IMG/VR virus record: IMGVR_UViG_3300025897_002116 | Location: 1 to 64,000 of that record | Strand: one strand, 5' to 3' | Source: a virus | Length of the DNA: 64,000 bases | Shown: positions 38,446 to 48,504 of the stretch, in pieces | Layout of the letters: every line of letters starts with the position of its first letter | Position numbering within the stretch: the first letter of the stretch is position 1 | Notes under the pieces: generated by a model | What the model saw: only the letters and a program-made list of their open reading frames with translations | Database searches by the model: none | What the model was told of the DNA's origin: nothing | Translations under genes and position numbers: made by a program

Positions 38446-39062
38446 AATGTACTGTAGTATTTATTTTGTTTTTCTTGTCTTATTATATCTTTTGGATGAT
38501 ATAGAGCCCACTCTTCTTCCATAGGGAGCATACCATGTAACTTAAAACCCTTTAATACTTCATGAACCTTATTAACCCATTTAATATCTAAATGGTTTCT
38601 ATATATTCTCATCTGCCAATCAGCCCAGTTTACCCATCCTTTTTCATTTACATTCCAGCCCCATTTTTTAATATGATCTTCTGTTAATCCTTGTACAGTA
38701 TTTACTCGAGGCACTCTTAGCATATCAACTTCAGAATTTGCTTCTAATAATGCTGGTAGGTTGTCTATTAAGTGTTTGTTAGGTATCTCATCTGCATCTA
38801 TCTGAAATATATATTCTCCAGAGCAGTAACTTGTAAGTTGATTTTTCCAATCTGCAAAATGATTATCAAAATCATCATTAAACACTTTAACCTCTACATA
38901 GTCTAAACCACTTAGGTAAGTGAAAACACTACTATCCCCATTTTTAGAATCATAAAGAACCACTATTTCATCTTCTTCTCTTTTGTTAAAGATTAAAAAA
39001 CTAATAAGCTTCTGTACTTCTACTAACTCATTACAAACAGTTACAGCGTAACTTATTTTCAT
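38442..39062 (-). CDS. Glycosyltransferase family 2
   Basis: ISYAVTVCNE, IFQIDADE, VHEVL. Confidence 0.85.
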   Translation of the reverse strand: MKISYAVTVCNELVEVQKLISFLIFNKREEDEIVVLYDSKNGDSSVFTYLSGLDYVEVKVFNDDFDNHFADWKNQLTSYCSGEYIFQIDADEIPNKHLIDNLPALLEANSEVDMLRVPRVNTVQGLTEDHIKKWGWNVNEKGWVNWADWQMRIYRNHLDIKWVNKVHEVLKGFKLHGMLPMEEEWALYHPKDIIRQEKQNKYYSTL

Positions 39063-39508
39063 GCTTCAAAAAATCCGATTGCATCTAGAGCATCCATAAA
39101 ATCTTTTTGTCCAAATTGCTTAGAATTTTTCATATCCATTCTATATGTTTGATCAGAAGGAAATTGCTTTATTTTTCTTTCTTCTTCTGTAATTTCTATG
39201 GCTTTAACAGAAGACCATTTCCAATTTGTTTTATTTGTTCCATCTATAAACACCATTCCTTTAGCTGGTAATGTAACCGTTGATGGAAGCCAGGTTTGCT
39301 TATTTGAGTCTTCAAACATTAAATCTTTGTATAACTCAGGGGATGTTTCAATTGCATCAGTGATAACTTTGCTTCCTTTCACTAACTCGGTACTAGACGT
39401 AAAACCACATCCCAGGCATAGCCATGTTGTTAGTTTTTCACTAAGTACTTGTTCATAACATGCGTTACCGTTGCATCGGCCGCATTCTACTAATTGGTCT
39501 TTATCCAT
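39059..39508 (-). CDS. Zn-ribbon hypothetical protein
   Basis: CGRC ... CLGCG. Confidence 0.65.
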   Translation of the reverse strand: MDKDQLVECGRCNGNACYEQVLSEKLTTWLCLGCGFTSSTELVKGSKVITDAIETSPELYKDLMFEDSNKQTWLPSTVTLPAKGMVFIDGTNKTNWKWSSVKAIEITEEERKIKQFPSDQTYRMDMKNSKQFGQKDFMDALDAIGFFEA

Positions 39509-40790
39509 TTGTTTGTAATTTTGGTAAATTTAATTTAGGTAAATTTAATTCGATTTGTTTGGGAAAATCAGGAAGGGTTCTTTCTAGAATTATTCCTAGT
39601 TCCTCAGTCATTTTATCTAAACTAAAATTAGTCCTGTTTTTAAATCCTAATTTTTTCGCGTTAACTGTGAAGCTCTTATAATTCTTATAGACATTTTTTA
39701 TCGCATTAGCAGCTTGCCCATCATCTGGGGTGAACCATTTTGAAGTCTCAATTATAGTGCCTTGTGATAAAGCTGATTTATGTACATCGGTTAGTGTTCC
39801 TCCTACTAGTATGGCAAGATCTTTATCTAAAAAATCTAATTGACCAGACCAACCAGATGATATGATAGGTTTATTACTAAGGCTAAACTCTAATAAAGGT
39901 CTTCCAAATCCTTCTCCTTTTGTAAAACTCACCATTGCCTTTACTTTAGGGTGGTTGTATAGCTCATTAACTTCTTCATCGGTAATATCGCCGTGAAAAA
40001 GATATATGTTAGGTAAGGATCCTTTAACAGTAGATTTTATACTTTCAATTTTATCTAATACCTCTTCCCTGTCAAGTAAGGATGTAGTAGCGTTATTAGT
40101 TTTTAAAATTAATGCAGGAGGATTAGGTTTATTTTTAAATACCTCTAAGAAAGACTTGACTGTGTATCCAACATTTTTCCTATCATGTCCGAAATCTCCT
40201 TGGAGCCAATGTCCCACAAATAGAAAACAAAAGGACTCTTTAATCTGATTTAAGGCTATAGTAACTTCCGAATTAGGTCTAGGTGTGGTAGGAAAATATT
40301 TTGTAATATCAGCTCCTTCGAAAATTACTTCAATAGGAGTTTCTAATTTTACCTTACCTACTGTCTTATTTGTATTTTGATCTACTGCATCAAATGAAGT
40401 TTCAAGAAAAATATCTTTACTGTGTTGAGATGATGTTAGTATTAGATCCATACTATTGCAACCTTTAATCCAGCTAGCATCTGCAAGATTTGTTTCTATA
40501 CCTGCAGTTAATCCTATATTAAACTTCCCTGTCTTTTTGAACTCATTTGGGACAGTAATTTGAATCCATACATCAGGTTGAGATTGCAAGTTATGTACTA
40601 TTAGATTTTGAAGTTCTACTTCTTGATGATCAGCTAAATAACCGAATCGAGTATTTCCCCATCTCTGGCTTAATACTTTAACTTCGTATTTCTCTAATGA
40701 TAATAAAGCTTTAATGAAATCTCTAGATCTTGCTCCATATCCTGAGTATGTGTCAATTGGGCAAGAAACTACTACTGTTGTTTTATTCAT
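39501..40790 (-). CDS. Glycosyltransferase family 4-like
   Basis: SGYG..SR, DRKN, KGEGFGRPLLE. Confidence 0.85.
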   Translation of the reverse strand: MNKTTVVVSCPIDTYSGYGARSRDFIKALLSLEKYEVKVLSQRWGNTRFGYLADHQEVELQNLIVHNLQSQPDVWIQITVPNEFKKTGKFNIGLTAGIETNLADASWIKGCNSMDLILTSSQHSKDIFLETSFDAVDQNTNKTVGKVKLETPIEVIFEGADITKYFPTTPRPNSEVTIALNQIKESFCFLFVGHWLQGDFGHDRKNVGYTVKSFLEVFKNKPNPPALILKTNNATTSLLDREEVLDKIESIKSTVKGSLPNIYLFHGDITDEEVNELYNHPKVKAMVSFTKGEGFGRPLLEFSLSNKPIISSGWSGQLDFLDKDLAILVGGTLTDVHKSALSQGTIIETSKWFTPDDGQAANAIKNVYKNYKSFTVNAKKLGFKNRTNFSLDKMTEELGIILERTLPDFPKQIELNLPKLNLPKLQTNG

Positions 40791-40791
40791 C

Positions 40792-42237
40792 TTAATAACC
40801 AGTTAATTTATGCTTAATGTACTTTGAAGGTCTTTTTTTAGTCTTAATTAAATCAAATCTAGATCTAGGTTTAAATTTATCAAAAGCTTCATCTAATGTT
40901 TCAACTATATTTTTACACATAGCAGATGCAGACATTTGTGACTCATCTGATGTCACCCACTCTCTGCCTTTAAGACCTCTTTTTTCTCTATCTTCAGAAG
41001 AAAGGTTGTAAACCTTTTCTATAGCCTTAGCTACATCTTCAGGTTGACATCTATCATCGAAAATATAAGGGGTGGTTGGGGAGCCTGTAAGTGAAATATT
41101 AGATGGGAAAACCGGTTCTACCCACTCCCCACATTCTTTTACAGTACCTCTATGGTTAGAAGGAAAATCAGCGTCAAAATCTATCCACTTACCGTCTTTT
41201 TCAAATCTCATTTGATCTTGCATACCTCCGGTTACATTACCGATAATCATCTTACCAGCCATCATAGATTCAGTTAAACTTAATCCCCAACCTTCGTTAG
41301 AAGAAATTAAAACCGTAACATCTGAGATATTATACATGAGGTTCATTTGACTAGGATTAATACGGGCCTGTGAAAAATACACATTAACGTAACTTGGATC
41401 GGTTAATGCCTCTTTTACAGCTCTTAGATCAGTTCCATTATTGTCACTAACATGAGTATGCATTATAAGAGCACATTTTTTTGCTTTTTCTTCTCCAATT
41501 AAGTCACAGAAAAGTCTATACGCAAAAATTACATCAGCAGGTTTTTTTCTTTGAATATTTCTAGAATTGAAAAATACTATAAATTCAATATCGTCTCTAC
41601 CAAGAGTATTCTTTTTAAACTCTAAAAGATTTTCATATAGAGAATGCTTAGAATCTATAGGGAAAAAATCATTTTCGTTAATTCCATGAGGAACATACTT
41701 TAGTATCTTACTATCGGCTTTTTCACCTAGGACTAATCTATTAATATTGTTAGTTTGTTTTGAAATTGCCATAAGTACATCAACTGAATCATAATAGTTG
41801 ACATTATACCCTGGGGCTGGGTAGTCATCCCATATATTGAGCCAGAAGATTGGTATCTTGGACCTAATTTCCCTTTCTATTTGGAATAACCATACCCAAT
41901 ATCTTGGATCGGTAAAGATAAAAATAGCATCAGGTTTCTCTCTTTCAATTAACGCTCTCATTAACTCAGCATCTCCGTAACCATTGTTCGGCAGTACCTG
42001 TACAAGTGAATCTGTGATTCCTATTATTTTGTTTACCTCCTCTGATAGATCGTAGATTTTACCAATCTCAGGATGCTTTACAGCGGCTCCTACATTGAAC
42101 CAATTAAAGTGCTGTGCTGTACCGACTGTGAACTCTCTTGCCATTGTGGCAATTCCGGAGTTCATTCTGATATCATCACATAAAAGTAAGATCTTTTTCC
42201 GATCCTTCTTTTCGATATAACGAAACTGTTCTTTCAT
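40792..42237 (-). CDS. Glycosyltransferase family 4-like
   Basis: VPHG, RNIQRK, NEGWGLSLTES. Confidence 0.88.
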   Translation of the reverse strand: MKEQFRYIEKKDRKKILLLCDDIRMNSGIATMAREFTVGTAQHFNWFNVGAAVKHPEIGKIYDLSEEVNKIIGITDSLVQVLPNNGYGDAELMRALIEREKPDAIFIFTDPRYWVWLFQIEREIRSKIPIFWLNIWDDYPAPGYNVNYYDSVDVLMAISKQTNNINRLVLGEKADSKILKYVPHGINENDFFPIDSKHSLYENLLEFKKNTLGRDDIEFIVFFNSRNIQRKKPADVIFAYRLFCDLIGEEKAKKCALIMHTHVSDNNGTDLRAVKEALTDPSYVNVYFSQARINPSQMNLMYNISDVTVLISSNEGWGLSLTESMMAGKMIIGNVTGGMQDQMRFEKDGKWIDFDADFPSNHRGTVKECGEWVEPVFPSNISLTGSPTTPYIFDDRCQPEDVAKAIEKVYNLSSEDREKRGLKGREWVTSDESQMSASAMCKNIVETLDEAFDKFKPRSRFDLIKTKKRPSKYIKHKLTGY

Positions 42238-42241
42238 GGAA

Positions 42242-42424
42242 CTATTTTAATTTTAATGTAGTTTGTTTATGAAGTTTTTCTCTAAATTCTATATCATTAA
42301 GATAAAGAAAAATAGCACGATCGGCAAGCTTTTTAAAAGAAAAGTTGTCCTGATAGCAAGCTATTTTAAATTGATCAAAGAGAGGTTGGGTTACTTTTAC
42401 TGAGGTGAGTCTTTCTTGTGCCAT
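42242..42424 (-). CDS. Small ribbon-helix-helix-like DNA-binding protein
   Basis: LTSVKV beta-strand followed by two helices. Confidence 0.5.
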   Translation of the reverse strand: MAQERLTSVKVTQPLFDQFKIACYQDNFSFKKLADRAIFLYLNDIEFREKLHKQTTLKLK

Positions 42425-42460
42425 AACTTTTTAATTTATATATAAATATATACGTATATA

Positions 42461-43423
42461 TTAAACCGCATCAGGACATAGCCTGTTTTGTTTAAAAGAG
42501 CAAAATCTACAATTATGTTTTGAAGGTGAAGTAGGGTACTCTTTATCTATATACTCTCCGTTTAGGTCCACTGCAGTTTTTACAAAATTATTCATTAGTG
42601 AAATTGCTTGACCTCTTTTAATCTTACCAGCGGATGGTTTAAACTCTTGTACTCTTTTTTGCATTGAGGCAAACTCTGCTTCAACAGGTACTTTTCTTTT
42701 TAGGATAAAATATTCTACTTCAATTCTATCTATGTCAATCCCAAATTGATTAGCAAAGAATTCTTTATATAGTAAGATTTGTGCTATTTTTTTATCGTCT
42801 TTCTTAGCATAATCATTCCATCCTGATGTTGATGTTTTAATATCAACAATAGTCCAAATATCTGCAGTAGAGTTATAAAAAACTAAGTCAATAAAGCCTT
42901 TAAACATCACTCCAGGTCTTAACTCCTGGTATAATAGTGTCTCTATGCCAGCTAAATACGTATTGTTAGTACTAAAGTACCCTCCTCGTTTTTTCTTTAA
43001 GTAATCTAGTATGTGTTTCCCGTCTAAGTAGAACATATTCAACTCTGCTGCGGTTGAAAAATGCTGATGACTGTTTTGTGCTTTATTAGATTTATAGGCT
43101 TTAATCATATTATCATAAAAAAGCTTATCTAAATCCATCTCATTGGCTGTCTTTACTTTATCTCGGTAAAGAACCTCTAGCCAGGTTTGTATAGTAGAGT
43201 GCATAGCTGTACCAAAGGCTGCATGAATAGAAGCTTGGTAGGGTGCTAAGTTTCTAACATAGGTTAAGTACCATTGCTTCTGACAGGAGGCAAAGGTAGA
43301 TAACTGGCTGTATGAAATATGTTTATTTGATTTAGGAGATTGTTTAAGTTTACTCTCCCATACTTGTTTTACTAAGGGATTAGCCTTAGTTTTTGTACCC
43401 TCGGGGTATATTTTTTTTGGCAT
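42461..43423 (-). CDS. PD-(D/E)XK exonuclease (RecB/Cas4-like)
   Basis: ISYSQL..F..C, FGTAMH, GFIDL, IVDIKT, Q..LY, C-terminal CRFC...C. Confidence 0.88.
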   Translation of the reverse strand: MPKKIYPEGTKTKANPLVKQVWESKLKQSPKSNKHISYSQLSTFASCQKQWYLTYVRNLAPYQASIHAAFGTAMHSTIQTWLEVLYRDKVKTANEMDLDKLFYDNMIKAYKSNKAQNSHQHFSTAAELNMFYLDGKHILDYLKKKRGGYFSTNNTYLAGIETLLYQELRPGVMFKGFIDLVFYNSTADIWTIVDIKTSTSGWNDYAKKDDKKIAQILLYKEFFANQFGIDIDRIEVEYFILKRKVPVEAEFASMQKRVQEFKPSAGKIKRGQAISLMNNFVKTAVDLNGEYIDKEYPTSPSKHNCRFCSFKQNRLCPDAV

Positions 43424-43454
43424 AACTCTTATTTTTTTTACTCATAACTCGAAG

Positions 43455-43673
43455 CTACTCAATACCGTACTTCTCTTTAAGTACAGCTTTTATTTTTTCT
43501 AAGTATAACGTTAAGTCCATAGCCTCCTCTTGAGCATGTTCTAACCAATCTAAAAGATTTAAGTCTTCTCTTTCTAAAGTAGTATTATATTTTTTAATAC
43601 CTGTTTGAGATCTTATTTCAAACTTTTTTTTGACTAATTCTACGTACTTATCCTTCTTTAAATTTTTTTCCAT
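43455..43673 (-). CDS. Small all-alpha protein, possibly NTP-pyrophosphatase-like
   Basis: GIKKYNTTL ... WLEHAQEEAMD..LYLEK. Confidence 0.55.
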   Translation of the reverse strand: MEKNLKKDKYVELVKKKFEIRSQTGIKKYNTTLEREDLNLLDWLEHAQEEAMDLTLYLEKIKAVLKEKYGIE

Positions 43674-43703
43674 ATAACTAAATATACGAACTTTTTGGTG
43701 AGA

Positions 43704-44933
43704 TTACAAATATCTCTTAATACTTTTCTTTTCTTTCCAACCCTCTGTACCGTCGGTGTATTTAACTCTAATCTTACTAGGGGACTTTTGTAGAACTCTT
43801 GCTACTTTTTTTTCTTTTAATTCTGATCCGTCTTCATTGAGAGTTATCCATTCATCTTCCGGAGCTTTTTCTTTTATTGCTTCTGTAACTTCTGCTTCTT
43901 CTTTAATCTCCTCCAAATTTTCTGGTGTCGGGAGTGAAGTTTCTTCTATAATTTGTTCTTTTTTTACTTCAATATCATCTAGTACTTCATCTAATGTTTC
44001 TTCTAAACTTTCTATTTTAGAATCTTTATCTATGGAGTTAAAAAAGTCTACAGCTTCTTCTTCAGTGTAATTTAGTTTACCTTCTTGAAGTTCTCCGTAT
44101 AGATTTTCTTCATATTTCTTTTTAGGGAAAGCTTGCTCAAAAGCAAAGTTTGCTGCAATTACTAGGGAAAGTGCTAGTGGGTCAAAAACAAATATAATTA
44201 TAAGGAGTAAAATATTTATAATTTTATCCATAGGTACACCTGTTAGTCCGGAAAGGTATTGAAGTGGGCCTAATTCACCAGTAGCTTCATTATCGTTCTC
44301 TAAAGTAAGTATATTGAGTTGGTATTTTTGTAGGCTATCAGCAACTATTTCTCTTTTTGCTTGAACTGCTTTCCTATTTTCTTCTTCTACTGTTATCCTT
44401 TTTTGAGATAACCTAAGTTCAGTAGTCGATATAGTATTTCTTATCCCTGTTGCTGCCGTAGTATCTCTAACCTGTATACCGGTGGCTTTGGCGTTGGAGA
44501 GTATAGATATATTCTCTGATATTCTATTGAGTTCTGTATCGTACCTCTTGACATCGCTTTCGTAGAAGTCTTTTTTTTGAGTCAAGAATAAAACTTTATT
44601 GTCTTTAATTGATAGACTCCTATAAGTATCCTGATATGCTGCACTTAGGAAACCGTAGATACCCATACTAGTAATGAGTACTAGCACTAGGGCAGCAATG
44701 GAGAGATACGCTCTAAGCCATTTGTTTAGGTTACCCCAGTACTGATAAAGAAGTGAAGCTATAACCAGCTTAGCTATTTCTAATGAACCAGCCATAAGTA
44801 TGACTGCGAATGATGCTCCGGCAAAAAGTTTACTAAGGCCGCTGACTGAGTAAAAAGCAGCTGAAGCTGATACAGATAAGGCGGATAAGGTAATTACAGA
44901 GGGGAAGAATCCTTTCTTAATATTTTTCCACAT
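43704..44933 (-). CDS. Multi-TM plus coiled-coil membrane protein
   Basis: Three N-terminal TMs (LEIAKLV), a long coiled coil, then a FVFDPLA TM. Confidence 0.75.
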   Translation of the reverse strand: MWKNIKKGFFPSVITLSALSVSASAAFYSVSGLSKLFAGASFAVILMAGSLEIAKLVIASLLYQYWGNLNKWLRAYLSIAALVLVLITSMGIYGFLSAAYQDTYRSLSIKDNKVLFLTQKKDFYESDVKRYDTELNRISENISILSNAKATGIQVRDTTAATGIRNTISTTELRLSQKRITVEEENRKAVQAKREIVADSLQKYQLNILTLENDNEATGELGPLQYLSGLTGVPMDKIINILLLIIIFVFDPLALSLVIAANFAFEQAFPKKKYEENLYGELQEGKLNYTEEEAVDFFNSIDKDSKIESLEETLDEVLDDIEVKKEQIIEETSLPTPENLEEIKEEAEVTEAIKEKAPEDEWITLNEDGSELKEKKVARVLQKSPSKIRVKYTDGTEGWKEKKSIKRYL

Positions 44934-44948
44934 AGAGTTCTTTATTAG

Positions 44949-45383
44949 TTAAGTACCAATTATATTTAATAAGAGTACTACAGCTCCGATTACAGAACCT
45001 ATCTGGTATAATTTTTTTTGTTTTTGAGCTTTCTTTAAAGACGATTGTAGTTGATCTGAGAGTTCTTGAAAAGCTGTTAATTGTTTGTCTTTGTTACTGG
45101 ATATTAAGTTTAAATTCTCGATTTGTTTTTGCTGATTGAATACTAGTTCGTTCAAACTTAATACTTTACCGTTGATGCTTTCAATTAATTCATTTAGATT
45201 TATATTTTCTAAAACTACTCCATCAAGCCTAGTTAGATCCTTAGCTACTAATTTAGCGATTGGAGTTGTTAGTTGAATCGTTTTTGTAGTATCCGTAGCG
45301 TTTTGCGAAAAACTGTTCAAGCTCATCATCACCAAAGTAATCAATAGCATCCAATTTAATTTTTGTTTCATCTTGTATGACAA
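44949..45383 (-). CDS. Putative spanin-like subunit (secreted coiled coil with C-terminal TM)
   Basis: Signal ending SFS-Q, coiled coil, C-terminal hydrophobic tail; overlaps the upstream gene. Confidence 0.45.
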   Translation of the reverse strand: MSYKMKQKLNWMLLITLVMMSLNSFSQNATDTTKTIQLTTPIAKLVAKDLTRLDGVVLENINLNELIESINGKVLSLNELVFNQQKQIENLNLISSNKDKQLTAFQELSDQLQSSLKKAQKQKKLYQIGSVIGAVVLLLNIIGT

Positions 45384-45633
45384 TTATTTTTGTATTAAGT
45401 TTTTTAATTTTAATATCATAAGAAGCTATTTCTTCATTAAGATTAGTAGCCTGTATTTTTAAACTATCATTTAGAAATTGGACAGAATCTACTCTTAGTT
45501 GTAATGAATCAATCTGTGATTTGTAAACATCAATGTCTACTACTTCTTCACTTGATTTTATGAAAACCATATAAATTAGAAGTAACCCGGCAATTAAAAG
45601 CCCTAGATTTTTCTTTATATACTTTATCATCAT
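45253..45633 (-). CDS. Putative i-spanin-like protein
   Basis: N-terminal TM plus coiled coil directly after the endolysin. Confidence 0.5.
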   Translation of the reverse strand: MMIKYIKKNLGLLIAGLLLIYMVFIKSSEEVVDIDVYKSQIDSLQLRVDSVQFLNDSLKIQATNLNEEIASYDIKIKKLNTKIIVIQDETKIKLDAIDYFGDDELEQFFAKRYGYYKNDSTNNSNR

Positions 45634-45657
45634 ATTAATATAGTAAAATTTTTCCCC

Positions 45658-46269
45658 TTATGCAACTATATCCTTAGATTCTATTAGAGTGTAGGTAAAT
45701 GAATTACCCCATACATCTTTAGCTTTATTACAGATCTCCATAAATTGATTGAAATCTGATTCTTTTGCAAACACTTGGCAGCCGGCAGACCATTTATCTA
45801 TCTGAGTTGATCCAGCTACTCTTGATCCTGCTTTATGTATGTTAATACCAAATATCCCTTCTTTTACATTTTCTTCAATCATATCATACTTTCCGTCTTC
45901 ATTATTATCACGGTAAACTTTAACAGGTTTTTGCTGCCTTAAAGCTTCATACTTACCTTGATGTAATCCAACCTTATGAGACCCTCTATACTGGCCTGGT
46001 TTTAAAATAGCTACGCCATCTTCATTCATTATATTCTCTACCCAGTGTTTTCCAGGGTCTGTGGTACAGTCTGATTCGTAGTATTTCCAGTTACCGTCTG
46101 GGTCTTTAAATGATATTGTCATCTTATCGTCAAACTTATTTGTTACTTGATCGCCGGTACTTGAATTTCTAATTCCAACGATGTTAACGTCTAATCCTTT
46201 ATCACTTGTAAAGTACTTATATCCTTTACTTCTTACTGCTTTTTCAATTTGATCTCTAGTATAACTCAT
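45658..46269 (-). CDS. Putative endolysin, L,D-transpeptidase (YkuD)-like fold
   Basis: GINIH ... WSAGCQV (His/Cys catalytic pair); between holin and spanin candidates. Confidence 0.7.
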   Translation of the reverse strand: MSYTRDQIEKAVRSKGYKYFTSDKGLDVNIVGIRNSSTGDQVTNKFDDKMTISFKDPDGNWKYYESDCTTDPGKHWVENIMNEDGVAILKPGQYRGSHKVGLHQGKYEALRQQKPVKVYRDNNEDGKYDMIEENVKEGIFGINIHKAGSRVAGSTQIDKWSAGCQVFAKESDFNQFMEICNKAKDVWGNSFTYTLIESKDIVA

Positions 46270-46279
46270 AATTTATTTT

Positions 46280-46543
46280 TTATTCGGATTCTCCTTTTTT
46301 TCCGAAGATTTTTCCGGCTTCAGCGATTCCAAAAGAACCTAATGTGATTATTACAAATGAATTGTAAACAAATTCATTAATTTCTAGTTCCTGGCCAGTA
46401 AACCCTGTTACTATGTCAGCTGTTGCAAATAGTACCATTACTGCAAATGAAGAAAAACCAACTACTGATTTTTCGTTAATATCGTTTTTATCTTTGAAAA
46501 TGTCTCTGAAGGCCATCCATTTATGATTTAAATAATTAAACAT
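46280..46543 (-). CDS. Putative holin
   Basis: 87 aa, two TMs, charged C-terminus; first gene after CTATTTAT at 46580-46587. Confidence 0.55.
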   Translation of the reverse strand: MFNYLNHKWMAFRDIFKDKNDINEKSVVGFSSFAVMVLFATADIVTGFTGQELEINEFVYNSFVIITLGSFGIAEAGKIFGKKGESE

Positions 46544-46614
46544 AGCTTAATAACATTTTAAGTAAAACATTTATTTAGTATAAATAGTCAAGTAGAAACA
46601 CGGAATTGGGGTTC

Positions 46615-47604
46615 CTAAGTAGAGAGGTTTTTCTTGAAAATAATCTTTCTCCAATAATTATTTAATTCACTTAGTAATAAACCAGCTTCACCAAGTTCAG
46701 AACGGTTATCGGGATATCCTATTTCTTTATCATAATCAAAATCTTCTACATCTTCTATGAATTCATACATATCAGGATTAACTCTCTTTAACTTTGGAAT
46801 ATCCCTTCTCCAAAGATGTGAAGGTAATTGTGTTTGGGATTTATATAAATTATTTATATGGTCATCTGGTAGTTCGTTATCTCCTGTAAATGAATGAATC
46901 ATTTTAGTTCCCATTTGTCCTATGAGTGTTTGATAAGTGGCAAGTGAAGTATGTAGTATACCATCTTCTTTATCTAATACTAAATCAGCAGGCATATTTA
47001 TAACCTTCATACTATCAAGAAGTTCTCGTAAAGAATTAACATTAACTATATACGATTGAGCTCCTGGTGCTTCAAATCTTCTGATATGCTGTAATCTACC
47101 ATTCAAATTTATTCCTCGTATTTCGGGTGTTGCTCTACCCAACCAGAGTATATCGAATGAAAGTTTTATAATATCTTCTACCAATAGAGTGTACTCACCA
47201 TCTTGAATAGAATTAATTAATGCAGTTGTTGGTCTAGCATCATCTTCTAAAAATAAAAAATATCCTAGTGAATTTCCATTAGAATCGAATTCATTCAAAG
47301 CAATCTCATACGCCTTCTGATGAGATAATGCAACTCCAATAATATTTTTAGAAAGATTCCCTGATGGGTCTATAAATGTATCCAATCTACCAGTTTGTAT
47401 CATAGATTTGATATCAAGATCTCTACCCATTATAGCATCTACAAATTCATATTCTAAATCAGACCATTCCCAAGCTTTAGTAAATTCCTGTCTTCTATAA
47501 CTATCCTTTTCGGATATTACATAAACTTTATCTGCTCCAAAATTTTGTAAGTGGGCAATATTAGTCTTTATCGACACTCTTAATTTCCTTTGGCAAGAAT
47601 TCAA
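46615..47604 (-). CDS. Glycosyltransferase family 25-like
   Basis: YVIS....RR, FVDAIMG, GVALSH, FLEDDA, SYIV. Confidence 0.75.
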   Translation of the reverse strand: MNSCQRKLRVSIKTNIAHLQNFGADKVYVISEKDSYRRQEFTKAWEWSDLEYEFVDAIMGRDLDIKSMIQTGRLDTFIDPSGNLSKNIIGVALSHQKAYEIALNEFDSNGNSLGYFLFLEDDARPTTALINSIQDGEYTLLVEDIIKLSFDILWLGRATPEIRGINLNGRLQHIRRFEAPGAQSYIVNVNSLRELLDSMKVINMPADLVLDKEDGILHTSLATYQTLIGQMGTKMIHSFTGDNELPDDHINNLYKSQTQLPSHLWRRDIPKLKRVNPDMYEFIEDVEDFDYDKEIGYPDNRSELGEAGLLLSELNNYWRKIIFKKNLST

Positions 47605-47788
47605 CGTTTACATGTCCGCATTTAGTACAAGCAAAAACGGGAATTGGAATATAAGAGGGTTTTCCAGTTCCTGTAAGAAATCCTGATGCTTTTCTTATAA
47701 TGATATGCTGTTCAAAATAAACTCCATTGCATTCATCACACGTAATTCCTGTTGTCTGGTTAAGATCTATGTTTAGTTGTTGTTCCAT
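47561..47788 (-). CDS. Zn-ribbon protein
   Basis: CDEC ... CTKCGH. Confidence 0.7.
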   Translation of the reverse strand: MEQQLNIDLNQTTGITCDECNGVYFEQHIIIRKASGFLTGTGKPSYIPIPVFACTKCGHVNVEFLPKEIKSVDKD

Positions 47789-47794
47789 AGTTAC

Positions 47795-47974
47795 TTACTT
47801 TTTAACTATAGTCGATTTTTTAGCACGAGGCTTTCTAGGTTTTGCAGATGGTTTTTTTGTTTTTTTGATTTGTGCTGCAGCTTTGGCTTTTCGTTCAGCT
47901 GCAAACTTAGATACGACATAGATTACTAGTACAGTAGATATTAGGATTAAACTAAAAATTGCAAATAATTTCAT
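47795..47974 (-). CDS. Small TM-anchored Lys/Ala-rich protein (59 aa, not in ORF track)
   Basis: MKLFAIFSLILISTVLVIYVV-SKFAAERKAKAAAQIKKTKKPSAKPRKPRAKK. Confidence 0.6.
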   Translation of the reverse strand: MKLFAIFSLILISTVLVIYVVSKFAAERKAKAAAQIKKTKKPSAKPRKPRAKKSTIVKK

Positions 47975-48019
47975 AGGTGTTTTTTAAAATTTGATATAAA
48001 TATATATTAATTAACTAAG

Positions 48020-48490
48020 TTAGTATTTATTTTCTAAGTAGAAATAAAAATCTAGGATAGTGCCTTTAGATTCTAAGATTTCATCATCGTACTCTTTGTC
48101 GGGAATGCCGAATTTTTTACATAAGCCTTTTTTTAGTGCTTCTAATCGTTTTGATTCTTCTTTTTCAAAATCTACGAGAAGTCTTTTTCTTCTAGCCCTT
48201 GCTAGTGAGGTTTCTTCCACCCATTTAAGTTGGTCTCGGATTGAAAGTTGGAATTTTTCATTTAACTGGTGTTCTACTATTTCAGCTTCAAATTCAAATG
48301 GTGCATAATCAAAATCGCCATTCTCTATTCTATCAAGAATAGGCGCGTTTGCCGGTAAAGGTTTAGTTTTTGCCGTAAAACTTCTCCACCACATAAATCG
48401 ATCATATGGCTTTTTATAGTAATTTTTTTTAAAGTATCTTTCTAACCAAGTTAATTTATGGGTAGGACTATAAGGTAATGAAATATCCAT
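48020..48490 (-). CDS. Hypothetical protein
   Basis: 156-aa ORF (FMWWR, RIENGDF). Confidence 0.65.
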   Translation of the reverse strand: MDISLPYSPTHKLTWLERYFKKNYYKKPYDRFMWWRSFTAKTKPLPANAPILDRIENGDFDYAPFEFEAEIVEHQLNEKFQLSIRDQLKWVEETSLARARRKRLLVDFEKEESKRLEALKKGLCKKFGIPDKEYDDEILESKGTILDFYFYLENKY

Positions 48491-48504
48491 ATCTAAATAT
48501 AGTA

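Noticed and set aside
42461-43423. Cas4 as part of a CRISPR system
   Set aside because: Solo RecB/Cas4-like exonucleases are common in phages, and no array or other cas genes are in the window.
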